Origin: Alphaproteobacteria bacterium
GTDB taxonomy: Bacteria > Pseudomonadota > Alphaproteobacteria > Rhodospirillales > WMHbin7
DNA length: 64,000 bases
Reading direction: 5' to 3'
Assembly (NCBI GenBank): GCA_015231795.1
Contig: JADGAX010000002.1
Location: 593,067 to 657,066 of the forward strand
Both the position numbers and the translations under genes were made by a program. Positions 9,633 through 18,574 of the stretch are shown here, in pieces. The notes under the pieces are model-generated. The model had not been told where the DNA came from. It made no database searches and worked only from the letters and a program-made list of their open reading frames with translations. Positions within the stretch are counted from its first letter, which is position 1. Each line of letters starts with the position of its first letter.

Positions 9633-10286
9633 ATGACCCTGCCAACGCAACCCGCAACCGAAGAGCCGGTCTTTCTGGTTGATGACGATGCCGCCGTGCG
9701 CGATTCCCTGGCGCTGTTGCTTGGCGTGGCCGGATTCAAGGTGCAGGCCTATGGATCGGCCCATGATTTCCTGGATGCCTATGTGCCGGGCCAGGGCGGG
9801 TGTCTGGTGACCGACATTCGCATGCCGGGCATGGATGGGCTGGAGCTGCAAGCCGAGCTGATGCGGCGCAATATCGATTTGCCGGTGATCTTCATTACCG
9901 GCCACGGCGACGTCGCCAAGGCGGTGCAGGCTTTAAAGACAGGGGCCTGCGATTTCATTGAAAAGCCGTTCGAGGAAGAGGTGCTGACCAGCTCGATCCG
10001 CCAAGCCTTCGACAAGGAAGCGAACCGATTGGCGCCCCGGCTACGCCGCGAGGCGGCGGGCATATCGACAAGGCGCGCCCTTCTTACGCCGCGCGAGGCG
10101 CAGGTGATGGATCTGGTGGTGGATGGGCATTCGAACAAGTCGATCGCCCAGAAGCTGGGCATCAGCGCCCGCACGGTCGAAATTCATCGCGCCCGCGTCA
10201 TGGACAAGATGAAGGCGCGCAACTTGTCGGATCTGGTGCGCATGGCGCTCCGGGCCTCTTGCGACAATGCCGACGCCGCCCCGTAG
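9633..10286 (+). CDS. FixJ/NodW-like response regulator (REC + LuxR HTH)
   Basis: LVDDD, LVTDIRMPGMDG, FITGHGD, FIEKP, LTPREAQV and RTVEIHRARVMDKM. Confidence 0.92.
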   Translation: MTLPTQPATEEPVFLVDDDAAVRDSLALLLGVAGFKVQAYGSAHDFLDAYVPGQGGCLVTDIRMPGMDGLELQAELMRRNIDLPVIFITGHGDVAKAVQALKTGACDFIEKPFEEEVLTSSIRQAFDKEANRLAPRLRREAAGISTRRALLTPREAQVMDLVVDGHSNKSIAQKLGISARTVEIHRARVMDKMKARNLSDLVRMALRASCDNADAAP

Positions 10287-10288
10287 CG

Positions 10289-11503
10289 TTAAACTTTGCT
10301 TGATCGGCGGGCTGGCGTCTTCTTGGCGGGCTTTTCCGGCGGCTTGGGTTTTTCAGGCAGCATCGAGCGGGTTGAATAGACCAGCCGCTCGCACAGCACG
10401 CGTGAAAGATTGAACAAGACCTTCGAGGCTAGGTCGGGGGCCGAACGCATCAGCTTGCGCAAGAAGGTCTGCGACACGACCAGGATTTCGCTTTCGGCCA
10501 GCGCCACCACGTCGGCCGAGCGCTTGACGTTGGCGATGAAGGCGATTTCGCCGAACACCTGGCCCGGTTCCAGCACCGCGATGGGCTGCTTGGCTTTGGG
10601 CAGGCGAACCTCGGCCAGGCCGGAAAGAACGACGAACAGTTCGTTGCCCACGTCTCCGATGCGCAAGATCGTGTCGCCCGCTTGGCAAGACAGAACGGTG
10701 CCGCTTTTCAAGACCCGCTTGCGCTCGTCATCCGACAGGCCTTCAAGCAGGGGCACCCGGCTGCCGGTCGAGGGGCGCAGTTTATCGGCCAGGAACTGCC
10801 AGAAAGCGTCTTCGCCCGCACCCCAGCGCGCCGCCTTGGTGGTGGCGGGGAATTCGCGGGCCAGCCAGTCGGCGTCGCTCTGCTTTTGCCACAAGTCCGG
10901 TCGGTTCTTGAGCTTGCGCCAGAAGGGCGATTGAACGGCTTCCAGATGGGCGGCGTCCTTCAGGGCCAGAATCAGCGGAACGCGATAGCCCACTTCGGGG
11001 TCCAGGAAGTTCTCGGTGTAGGGTCGGTAGCCCAGATGTTCGTACAATTCGATGAGGGCGGGGGCGCAATAGCAAAAATCGTAAACGACGCCGCTTTCCA
11101 GCCCCAGTTCGTAGGCCCGGCTCAGAATTTTGTGCAAGGCGACCGATCCGCGCAAATCCCTGGCCACCATCAGGCGCGACGAAAAGCTCAATCGTTCAGG
11201 CGCAATGGCGCTGAAGCGAGACAGACGATAAGCCGTCTCCAGGGCGGGCGGCAGGCGGGTGCGCTTGGCGTTGTTGATGCGCAGGGTGGCGACCACGGCA
11301 TCGCCTTCCTGGGCGTAGAGAATCAGGGCGTCCTCGTCCAATTCGTCGGCCAGGAAGCGCCGCTTGTGGTCGGCGTTGGCCAGGGCGATCTTGCCCATCT
11401 CCTCGACGTAAACGCCGTAGCGGAAACGCCAGACGGCTTCCCGTTCGTCGGCCGAGCGGGCCTGGCTGATGCGCAATGTCTGAGTGGCGTCTGCTTGTGC
11501 CAT
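10289..11503 (-). CDS. FeeM/N-acyl amino acid synthase-like GNAT fused to a C-terminal cyclic nucleotide-binding domain
   Basis: N-terminal AVWRFRYGVYVEEMG, DELDE, SRLMV and LYEHLGY fit the FeeM-type GNAT pattern. C-terminal GDTILRIGD...FGEIAF...KRSADV is a cNMP cassette. Confidence 0.75.
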   Translation of the reverse strand: MAQADATQTLRISQARSADEREAVWRFRYGVYVEEMGKIALANADHKRRFLADELDEDALILYAQEGDAVVATLRINNAKRTRLPPALETAYRLSRFSAIAPERLSFSSRLMVARDLRGSVALHKILSRAYELGLESGVVYDFCYCAPALIELYEHLGYRPYTENFLDPEVGYRVPLILALKDAAHLEAVQSPFWRKLKNRPDLWQKQSDADWLAREFPATTKAARWGAGEDAFWQFLADKLRPSTGSRVPLLEGLSDDERKRVLKSGTVLSCQAGDTILRIGDVGNELFVVLSGLAEVRLPKAKQPIAVLEPGQVFGEIAFIANVKRSADVVALAESEILVVSQTFLRKLMRSAPDLASKVLFNLSRVLCERLVYSTRSMLPEKPKPPEKPAKKTPARRSSKV

Positions 11504-11605
11504 TTTTTGTACTGCTCTCCCCCGAGAAAGTCCATTCTAGCAGCTTGATTCAAAAAGCGCACGCCGGAGTATTGCCCCCGGCGCGCGGTTACGCTAAGAA
11601 AGCCT

Positions 11606-12196
11606 ATGACCGATGCGACGAAACAATTGACCCGTTATTTCGACCTGCTGTCCGACCTGGGGCGTTCGGCCCAGGCCAGCGACGGGGCCGGGAAAGCCCT
11701 GGTTCTGGACGAAGCCATCGGGCGCATTCGTGCCCTGGCCCGCGTGACCCACGAGGCGGGCCATACGCTGTATTTCATCGGCAACGGCGGCAGCGCCGGG
11801 ATCGCCAGCCATTTAGCCATCGATTACTCGAAGAACGGCAATCTGCGCTCGCTGGCCCTGAATGATGGCGCCCAACTGACCTGCCTAGCCAACGATCTGG
11901 GCTATGAAAACGTCTTCTCTCATCCTATTGGGCTGCATGGCCGTTCGGGCGATCTGTTGATCGCCATTTCCAGCTCGGGCCGCTCGGTCAATATCTTGAA
12001 GGCGGCTGAAACGGCCAAGGGCAAGGGCATGGCTGTGGTCACCCTGTCGGGTTTCGACGGCACCAACCCGTTGCGCCGCCTGGGCGACATCAACCTGCAT
12101 GTCGCTTCGCATCAGTACGGCTTCGTGGAAATCTTGCATCTGGCCCTGCTGCACGCCGTTCTCGATTTCGAAATGGGCTGGAACGGGCAGGTTTAG
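11606..12196 (+). CDS. SIS-domain sugar isomerase, phosphoheptose isomerase (GmhA)-like
   Basis: FIGNGGSAGIASH, TCLANDLGY, AISSSGRSVNI and VEILH motifs. Confidence 0.8.
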   Translation: MTDATKQLTRYFDLLSDLGRSAQASDGAGKALVLDEAIGRIRALARVTHEAGHTLYFIGNGGSAGIASHLAIDYSKNGNLRSLALNDGAQLTCLANDLGYENVFSHPIGLHGRSGDLLIAISSSGRSVNILKAAETAKGKGMAVVTLSGFDGTNPLRRLGDINLHVASHQYGFVEILHLALLHAVLDFEMGWNGQV

Positions 12197-12222
12197 AAGC
12201 TGTCTGCCTGCTGAAAAAGCGA

Positions 12223-12248
12223 AAGGGCCGGGGTTTCCCCCGGCCCTT
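12223..12248. terminator. Hairpin terminator between convergent SIS and yccA genes
   Basis: AAGGGCCGGGG-TTTC-CCCCGGCCCTT, an 11-bp perfect stem with an A-tract on the left. An imperfect outer stem pairs 12198-12211 with 12252-12265. Confidence 0.8.
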
Positions 12249-12274
12249 ATTGCTAGCAGACGGCTGATTGCCTG

Positions 12275-12991
12275 TTAACGGCGCTCGCCAAAGAAACGCA
12301 GGAGCATCAAGAACAGGTTCAGGAAGTCCATGTACAGTGACAAGGCGCCCATCACGGCCTTCTTGCCCGCGGCCTCGAGACTGTCGGCCTCGAAGTACAT
12401 TTCCTTGATCTTCTGGGTGTCGTAGGCGGTCAGGCCGGTGAAGACCAGCACGCCGACGGCCGAGATGACCAGTTCCATCATCGTCGACTTCAAGAAGATG
12501 TTGACCAAGCTGGCCAGGATGATGCCGATCAGGCCCATGAACAGGAACGAACCGAAGCCCGACAGGTCGCGCTTGGTGGTGTAGCCGTACAGGCTCATCG
12601 CGCCGAAGGTGGCGGCGCAGATGAAAAACGTTCTGGCGATGCTGGCCCCGGTATAGACGATGAAGATCGGCGCCAGTGCCGCGCCCATCAGGGCGGCATA
12701 ACCCCAGAAAGTGATCTGCACGGCTTGCAGGCTCATCTTCTGGACGCGGAAGCTGAGGAAGAAGACCAGCGCCAGGGGGGCCAGCATGACCACCCACATC
12801 AGGCCGGTGCCGAACAGGGTCTGCATCAGGGCTTCGTTCGAGGCGATGAGCGCCGACACGATGCCAGTCAGCGCCAGACCGGAGCCCATGTAATTGTAGA
12901 CGCGCAGCATGTAGGAGCGCAGCCCCTGGTCGATGGCGGCGGACTGGGTGCCAGCGACCGTGGCGGTGCGGCGAAGCGATTCGAGTGCCAT
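12275..12991 (-). CDS. yccA: Bax inhibitor-1/YccA family membrane protein
   Basis: IDQGLRSYMLRVYNYM, GYTTKRDLS, LTAYDTQKIK and LSLYMDFLNLF. Confidence 0.93.
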   Translation of the reverse strand: MALESLRRTATVAGTQSAAIDQGLRSYMLRVYNYMGSGLALTGIVSALIASNEALMQTLFGTGLMWVVMLAPLALVFFLSFRVQKMSLQAVQITFWGYAALMGAALAPIFIVYTGASIARTFFICAATFGAMSLYGYTTKRDLSGFGSFLFMGLIGIILASLVNIFLKSTMMELVISAVGVLVFTGLTAYDTQKIKEMYFEADSLEAAGKKAVMGALSLYMDFLNLFLMLLRFFGERR

Positions 12992-13026
12992 GATGGTTCC
13001 TCTCTGTAACCTATACCGCCCATGTT

Positions 13027-13054
13027 ATATGTGAGAGGAAGGTGGGAAATCAAC
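13027..13054 (-). promoter_or_regulatory. Candidate RpoH (sigma32)-type promoter of yccA
   Basis: Minus strand GTTGAT-N15-CACATAT resembles the alphaproteobacterial RpoH consensus CTTGAA-N15/16-CCTATAT. Confidence 0.4.
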
Positions 13055-13142
13055 AGCTAGGCCAGAATTTGACGCTTGGCGGTTGTCTTTATCGCGGTTT
13101 CCCCTTACTTTTCAAGGAACAGGGAAGGGAGCGGGAGGCCGG

Positions 13143-15206
13143 ATGGCCAAGGAACCCGAAAAAAAGAAAGTGGCGGCGGCCGTGGTTCGCAAGGAACCCG
13201 TGAAGGGAGCGGGCACGCCCATCTTGCTGAGAGATCGCTATCAGATCTTTCCGGCCACCCCCATGTTCGATTTCGATCTGCCCAGCGCCACCGCCTTCGC
13301 CTGTTCCGACAAGCGCGACCCCAACAGCTATTTGCTGGCCTATGTCTGCAAGCCCGAACTGCCGCCTCGCATCAACGTGCTGCGCAGCTTGAAGGGCCAG
13401 CAGATAACCGGCGTCATGCCGCTTTTGGAGTGGGGCGTGACGGAATGGCCGCCCGCCGGGCGGCAATGCATGATTGTCATCTACCAGCGCCCCTTGGGCG
13501 GGCGCGTCATGCCGTCGCTGGAATCCGAGATTGCACCGCTCGACGAATATGAGCTGGTCAAGAAGATCGTGCCGCAAATGGCCCTGGCGCTGAAGGAGCT
13601 GTCCGACCGCGGCATCAGCCACCGCGCCATTCGCCCCACCAACCTGTATTGGATGGACGATCTTTGCGAGCAGATGGTGTTGGGCGATTGCGTCACCTCG
13701 CCGCCCGCCTATGATCAGCCGGTTTTGTTCGAGGGCATCGAAGCGGGCATGTGCCTGCCCGCGGCAAGAGGCAGCGGCGGACATGCCGACGATCTGTATG
13801 CGTTGGGCGTGTCCATGCTGATGCTGAAGCTGGGGCGCGATCCCTTGAAAGGCGTCGAGGCAAGCCAACTGATCAAAGCCAAGATCACCAAGGGAACCTA
13901 TTCGCTGATGGTGGGTGACGAACGCCTGCCGTTGTCGATGATCGAGGTGTTGCGCGGCCTGTTGTGCGACGATCCCGCCGAGCGCTGGACGGTCAACGAT
14001 CTTGATCTATGGACGAACGGGCGGCGTCTTTCGCCCTTGCAGCCCAAGCAGGAAAAGCGGGCCGTGCGCGGCTTCGCCTTCCTGGGCGCCGAATACAACA
14101 CCGCCCGCGAGCTGGCTTTCGTGATGGCAGAGAACTGGGGCAAGGCCGCCGAACCCATGCTGGACGGCCAGCTTGAAGTCTGGCTGCGGCGCGGCATCGA
14201 GAACAAGGAAATGGCCGACTTGGTCAGCACAGCCATCAAGTCGGTCAAGCAAACCCCCGGCGTCGATCAGAAGACCGCCGAGGATCTGCTGGTCACGCGG
14301 GTTCTGATGCTGCTCGATCCGATGTCGCCCATTCGATACAAGGGATTTTCGGCGCTGCCGCTTGGCTTCGGCCCGGCCCTGGCCGTCATCATGGGATCGA
14401 AGGCCGATCCCAAATTGTTCGCGGAATGCATTCTGCGCGACGTACCGCACATCTGGTTCGAAACCAGGCCCGAATACGACGCATCGAACTCGCAGATCGA
14501 CAATCTGTTTAAGGATTTGAAGGCCTATATGCAGCAATCCGCCATGGGCTACGGCCTCGAGCGGGTTCTTTACGACCTGAACGAAGCCCTGCCCTGCCAA
14601 AGCCCGTTGGTGGCCGATTCCTTCGTGGTCGATATCGGCGAATTGCTGCCAGCGCTTGAGCAGACCGCCAAGAAGATCGATCCCAGAACCATGCCGATGG
14701 ATCGTCACATCGCTGCCTTCATCGCCTGCCGCTTCGACTTCAATGTCGAGCGCCAGGTAACGGCGCTCAACGACAAATCATCACAGAACCAGCTTTTGGG
14801 CATGCTCAGTTTGCTGGGCACCGTGCAATGGCGTCTGGGACCTGAAAGTCTGCCAGGTCTGGCTTCATGGATGGGCGCGCATCTCGGCCCCGTGGTCGGC
14901 GCCTTCCACAGCCGGGCCAGACGGCGCGACATGGAAAAGGAACTGCCCCGGCTGGTGCGTTCGGGCAATCTGCCGGAACTGTTCGCCTATATCGACAATC
15001 ACGAGGAAAAACGGCGCGACGAGGACGGCTATTTGCTGGCCAGGGCGGAATATGCGGCGTCCAGCCAGGAAGCGAGCGAAATTGAATCGGGTTCCGACCG
15101 GCGCAACCAGCAGGCCACGCGCTATGGCCATCAGGCGGCCGGGGTGATTTCCATGATGCTGGCGCTGATCGTGCTCAGCATTCTTCTGATGATCCGGTTC
15201 TTCTAG
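13143..15206 (+). CDS. Hanks-type kinase-fold protein with degenerate catalytic motifs (pseudokinase), long helical region and C-terminal TM anchor
   Basis: SHRAIRPTNL (HRD changed to HRA), VLGDC, DDLYALGV and LRGLLCDDPAERW. No Gly-rich loop is visible. C-terminal hydrophobic helix GVISMMLALIVLSILLMIRFF. Confidence 0.75.
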   Translation: MAKEPEKKKVAAAVVRKEPVKGAGTPILLRDRYQIFPATPMFDFDLPSATAFACSDKRDPNSYLLAYVCKPELPPRINVLRSLKGQQITGVMPLLEWGVTEWPPAGRQCMIVIYQRPLGGRVMPSLESEIAPLDEYELVKKIVPQMALALKELSDRGISHRAIRPTNLYWMDDLCEQMVLGDCVTSPPAYDQPVLFEGIEAGMCLPAARGSGGHADDLYALGVSMLMLKLGRDPLKGVEASQLIKAKITKGTYSLMVGDERLPLSMIEVLRGLLCDDPAERWTVNDLDLWTNGRRLSPLQPKQEKRAVRGFAFLGAEYNTARELAFVMAENWGKAAEPMLDGQLEVWLRRGIENKEMADLVSTAIKSVKQTPGVDQKTAEDLLVTRVLMLLDPMSPIRYKGFSALPLGFGPALAVIMGSKADPKLFAECILRDVPHIWFETRPEYDASNSQIDNLFKDLKAYMQQSAMGYGLERVLYDLNEALPCQSPLVADSFVVDIGELLPALEQTAKKIDPRTMPMDRHIAAFIACRFDFNVERQVTALNDKSSQNQLLGMLSLLGTVQWRLGPESLPGLASWMGAHLGPVVGAFHSRARRRDMEKELPRLVRSGNLPELFAYIDNHEEKRRDEDGYLLARAEYAASSQEASEIESGSDRRNQQATRYGHQAAGVISMMLALIVLSILLMIRFF

Positions 15207-15215
15207 GGATAGGAC

Positions 15216-15734
15216 ATGGCCAAGAAGAAACCAACCAAGAAAATCCCCCCTCCCCAAGGCGGCATCGGTCGCGGGCGCATTACGCTGGGCTTGCTGATCC
15301 TGGGGCCGCCCGCCTTGTTTTTCTTCCTGCCGACCTGGGTGTTCCTGGGCCTGTCCATGCTGCCTACGATCGTGGCCTATATCGTCGATCGCAGCCCTTA
15401 CCGCTATGGCTGGGTTTCAGTGGCCGGTCTCAATTTGGCGGGCGTCGCGCCCTATCTCATGAAATTGTGGTTTGAGGGCCATTCTTGGAGCCACGCCCTG
15501 CAGATCCTGTCCAACCCTTTTGACCTCATCGTCATGTATGGCGCGGCGGCTCTGGGTTGGGTATTGCATCTGTCCGTGCCGCCGGTGGTCGGCGCTTGGT
15601 TGGACGTAACATCGCAAAGACGCCTAACGCAGTTAAGGTCCATCCAGCGGCGGCTGATATCGGAATGGGGCGAGGAAGTGTCCAGGCCGGAAGACGACGA
15701 CGTGGCTGCAACGCCGCACGCTCGCAGGCGTTAA
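15216..15734 (+). CDS. Hypothetical multi-pass membrane protein, co-transcribed with the pseudokinase
   Basis: 9 nt after the upstream stop, with a GGA-type RBS. About 4 hydrophobic helices, a basic N-terminus and a C-terminal amphipathic/charged tail. Confidence 0.75.
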   Translation: MAKKKPTKKIPPPQGGIGRGRITLGLLILGPPALFFFLPTWVFLGLSMLPTIVAYIVDRSPYRYGWVSVAGLNLAGVAPYLMKLWFEGHSWSHALQILSNPFDLIVMYGAAALGWVLHLSVPPVVGAWLDVTSQRRLTQLRSIQRRLISEWGEEVSRPEDDDVAATPHARRR

Positions 15735-15740
15735 AGCGCT

Positions 15741-15772
15741 CACCGGCCCCGTCAAACGAACGGGGGCCGGTG
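15741..15772. terminator. GC hairpin between the convergent membrane-protein gene and rpoH
   Basis: CACCGGCCCCG...CGGGGGCCGGTG inverted repeat with weak U-tracts. Confidence 0.55.
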
Positions 15773-15786
15773 GTTGCTTCAAGAAA

Positions 15787-16659
15787 TTAAGCGGCGGCCT
15801 GGGCGCGCAGGACCGATTTTTGCACTTTCTCGAAAGCGCGCATTTCGATCTGGCGCACGCGCTCGCGCGAAATGGCGAAGCGCTGCGACAATTCCTCCAA
15901 CGTCGCCGGTTCGTCCTTTAAGCGCCGCTCGGCCAGAATGATGCGCTCGCGCTCGCCCAATTGCGTCATGGCGCCGCCCAGCAGCCCGCGCCGCTGGTCG
16001 CTTTCCTCGGCCTCGGCCAAACAAACTTCCTGGCTGGACGAATCGTCTTCCAGGAATTCCATCCATTCGCCGTCGCTGTCGGCGCGCATGGGCGCGTTCA
16101 ATGAATGGTCGGGGCCGGACAGGCGGCGATTCATCTGGACGACTTCGTCCTCGGTGACCGCCAGTTTGTGGGCGATGGTCTTGACTTGCTCGGGATGAAG
16201 ATCGCCTTCCTCCAGCGCCTGCATGCGGCTTTTCATGCGGCGCAGGTTGAAGAACAGCTTCTTCTGGGCTGCCGTGGTTCCCATTTTGACCAACGACCAG
16301 GAATGGAGGATGTATTCCTGAATGGCGGCGCGTACCCACCACATGGCATAGGTGGCCAAACGGAATCCCTTTTCAGGGTCGAAACGCTTGACCGCCTGCA
16401 TCATGCCCACATTGCCCTCGGCAATCAGCTCGCCCAGGGGCAGGCCATAGCCGCGATAGCCCATGGCGATCTTGGCGACCAAGCGCAGATGGCTGGTCAC
16501 CAGTCGATGGGCGGCGTTCTGGTCGTCGGTTTCGCGGTAATTTTTGGCCAGCATGTATTCTTCTTCCGGGGCCAACATCGGAAAACGGCGAATTTCCATC
16601 AAATAGCGGCTGAGGTTGCCCTCGGGGGCTATGGGCAGGCGCATGGCTGTTGCGTTCAT
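15787..16659 (-). CDS. rpoH: RNA polymerase sigma-32 factor
   Basis: LVTSHLRLVAKIAMGYRGYGLP, RpoH box AQKKLFFNLRRMK, and ISRERVRQIE. Lies downstream of rluD as in many Alphaproteobacteria. Confidence 0.95.
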   Translation of the reverse strand: MNATAMRLPIAPEGNLSRYLMEIRRFPMLAPEEEYMLAKNYRETDDQNAAHRLVTSHLRLVAKIAMGYRGYGLPLGELIAEGNVGMMQAVKRFDPEKGFRLATYAMWWVRAAIQEYILHSWSLVKMGTTAAQKKLFFNLRRMKSRMQALEEGDLHPEQVKTIAHKLAVTEDEVVQMNRRLSGPDHSLNAPMRADSDGEWMEFLEDDSSSQEVCLAEAEESDQRRGLLGGAMTQLGERERIILAERRLKDEPATLEELSQRFAISRERVRQIEMRAFEKVQKSVLRAQAAA

Positions 16660-16740
16660 AACTTTGACTCCTTCCCGCTAGCTGGGGGCCTTAATAGGCG
16701 CCCCCATTAACCAAGCTGTGAAGTCAGGATTGTCTTCTTT

Positions 16741-17736
16741 TTAGGATTTGTCTAGGGAGATTATTAGTACATTGAAATCTGGTGGAAGAGATTCGTTGAA
16801 TTTTAGATAATTGCCAGCTATCGGATGGTAAAAACCAAGCTCGTAGGCATGCAAAGCCTGGCGCGGAAAAGATTGAAGCATATGGACATTGTCGCCAGAC
16901 AGGTTCTTAAGCGGCACGCGCCTGGGTCCGCGGCCATAGGCCGGGTCGCCGATCAAAGCATGACCGCCATGCGCGAAATGCACGCGAATTTGGTGGGTGC
17001 GTCCGGTCTCAAGACGGCATTCGACAAGGCTGACCGCCTGATTCCAGGACTTCAGAACCTTGTAGCGGGTCAGCGCATGTTTGCCGCGCCCCTCGGGAAC
17101 GACGGCCATTTTCGTGCGATGTTTGGGATCGCGTCCGATGGCGCCAGCAAACTGCCCAACCGGCGGCAAGGGCACGCCCCAGACCAGCGCCTGATAGGCG
17201 CGTTCGATCTCATGGGCGGCGAACATCTTGCTAAGGCCGCGATGGGCGGCGTCGGTCTTGGCCGCCACCAACAGGCCGCTAGTGTCCTTGTCGATGCGAT
17301 GCACGATGCCCGGGCGCTTGACCCCGCCGATCCCCGACAGGCTGTCGCCGCAATGGGCGATCAGGGCATTGACCAGCGTGTGGCCCGGATTGCCGGGGGC
17401 CGGGTGAACCACCAACCCGGCCGGTTTGGCGATCACGATCAAATGCTCGTCTTCGTAATGGATGTTGAGAGGGATGTTCTCGCCCAAGGGGACGGGCGCT
17501 TCCGCCGCCGGTTCCAAGACGGTGTAAACCGCTCCCGGTTTGACCGGTGCCGAGGGGTCGGTTATGGTCTCAATGCCGCACTGCACTTGCCCTTCGCCCA
17601 TCAAAGCCTTAAGGCGCGTGCGCGACAGGCTGGGCAGGGCCTGGGCCAGCCATTTGTCGAGCCGCATGCCGGAACAGTCGTCCGGCGCCGGCAAAAGAGT
17701 GTGGCGGGTTGATTGGGTCATCTGAATGTCCGTCAT
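16741..17736 (-). CDS. rluD: RluA-family 23S rRNA pseudouridine synthase
   Basis: S4-like N-terminus RLDKWLA, KPAGLVVHP, catalytic GIVHRIDKDTSG, LETGRTHQIRVH and RQALHA. Confidence 0.92.
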   Translation of the reverse strand: MTDIQMTQSTRHTLLPAPDDCSGMRLDKWLAQALPSLSRTRLKALMGEGQVQCGIETITDPSAPVKPGAVYTVLEPAAEAPVPLGENIPLNIHYEDEHLIVIAKPAGLVVHPAPGNPGHTLVNALIAHCGDSLSGIGGVKRPGIVHRIDKDTSGLLVAAKTDAAHRGLSKMFAAHEIERAYQALVWGVPLPPVGQFAGAIGRDPKHRTKMAVVPEGRGKHALTRYKVLKSWNQAVSLVECRLETGRTHQIRVHFAHGGHALIGDPAYGRGPRRVPLKNLSGDNVHMLQSFPRQALHAYELGFYHPIAGNYLKFNESLPPDFNVLIISLDKS

Positions 17737-17762
17737 ACTAACTTTGGGAACTTTGACAAAGC

Positions 17763-18128
17763 ATGAATCTCGCGGTTCTTAAATCCATCACCATCGGCAT
17801 GGGCTTTCTGATCGTCGGCGGTTTGGCCGCTTTGGTCTACGGCGCGATGAACCAGGCGGGCAAGCTGAAGCTGGAAAAGGCGGAAAGCGCCCCGGTTCTG
17901 GAAGCGCCGAAGCCTTTCGGCACATTGGAGCTTAAGGAACCGGCGGGCACGGAAATTCTGGAACTCGCCACCGGCGACGGGCGTTTGTATCTGCGCCTGG
18001 GCGGCGGCGGCAAGCCCGAGCGCATTCTGGTGCTGGATGCCAAGAGCGCGACCGTGCTGGGAACCATCCTGCCCAGCCAGGCTGAAGCCGCATCCGCCCC
18101 TGCCCCCACGCCCAGCCCCGCCCAGTGA
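17763..18128 (+). CDS. Small membrane-anchored hypothetical protein (DUF6476-like)
   Basis: N-terminal TM helix, beta-rich C-terminus and Pro/Ala tail. Overlaps the next gene (GTGA). Confidence 0.6.
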   Translation: MNLAVLKSITIGMGFLIVGGLAALVYGAMNQAGKLKLEKAESAPVLEAPKPFGTLELKEPAGTEILELATGDGRLYLRLGGGGKPERILVLDAKSATVLGTILPSQAEAASAPAPTPSPAQ

Positions 18129-18574
18129 TCAGCCTGACCTTCGGCCAAGCGCGCTTGATCGAAAGTTTGGCGAAAGCCGCCTGGCCCAGGGAGTGCTGCG
18201 GCCTGCTGATCGGGCGTTGCGTGGACGGCGCGCAAATCATCGACGAAGTGCGGCCCTGCAAAAACTTGCTGGCCGATGCACAAAACGATCGTTTCGAAAT
18301 AGATCCCCAGGACCGTTTCGACGCCATGCGCCAGGCCAGAAGCATGGGGCGCGAAATCCTGGGCCATTACCATTCGCACCCCAACGGCGTGGCGGCGCCG
18401 TCGAAAACCGACCGCGACATGATGTACGAGCCGGACTTGATCTGGCTGATCGCGGGCGTGACCGGGGCTGGCGATTGCAGCCTTGCCGCGTTCCGCCCCA
18501 ATCTTGACCGGGAAGATTTCGATCCGCTTAGGCTTGTCATCAAAGCCGCAGACGATCAGAATTGCCAGCCATGA
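18125..18574 (+). CDS. M67 family (JAMM/MPN) metallopeptidase
   Basis: WPRECCGLL, RFEIDP and the JAMM motif YHSHPNGVAAPSKTD. Confidence 0.9.
   Translation: MISLTFGQARLIESLAKAAWPRECCGLLIGRCVDGAQIIDEVRPCKNLLADAQNDRFEIDPQDRFDAMRQARSMGREILGHYHSHPNGVAAPSKTDRDMMYEPDLIWLIAGVTGAGDCSLAAFRPNLDREDFDPLRLVIKAADDQNCQP

Noticed and set aside
8011-10286. fixL/fixJ gene symbols
   Set aside because: There is no heme-PAS domain, so only the transmitter and regulator families are similar.
16690-16710. CtrA box upstream of rpoH
   Set aside because: The two TTAA half-sites are 12 nt apart rather than the required 7.
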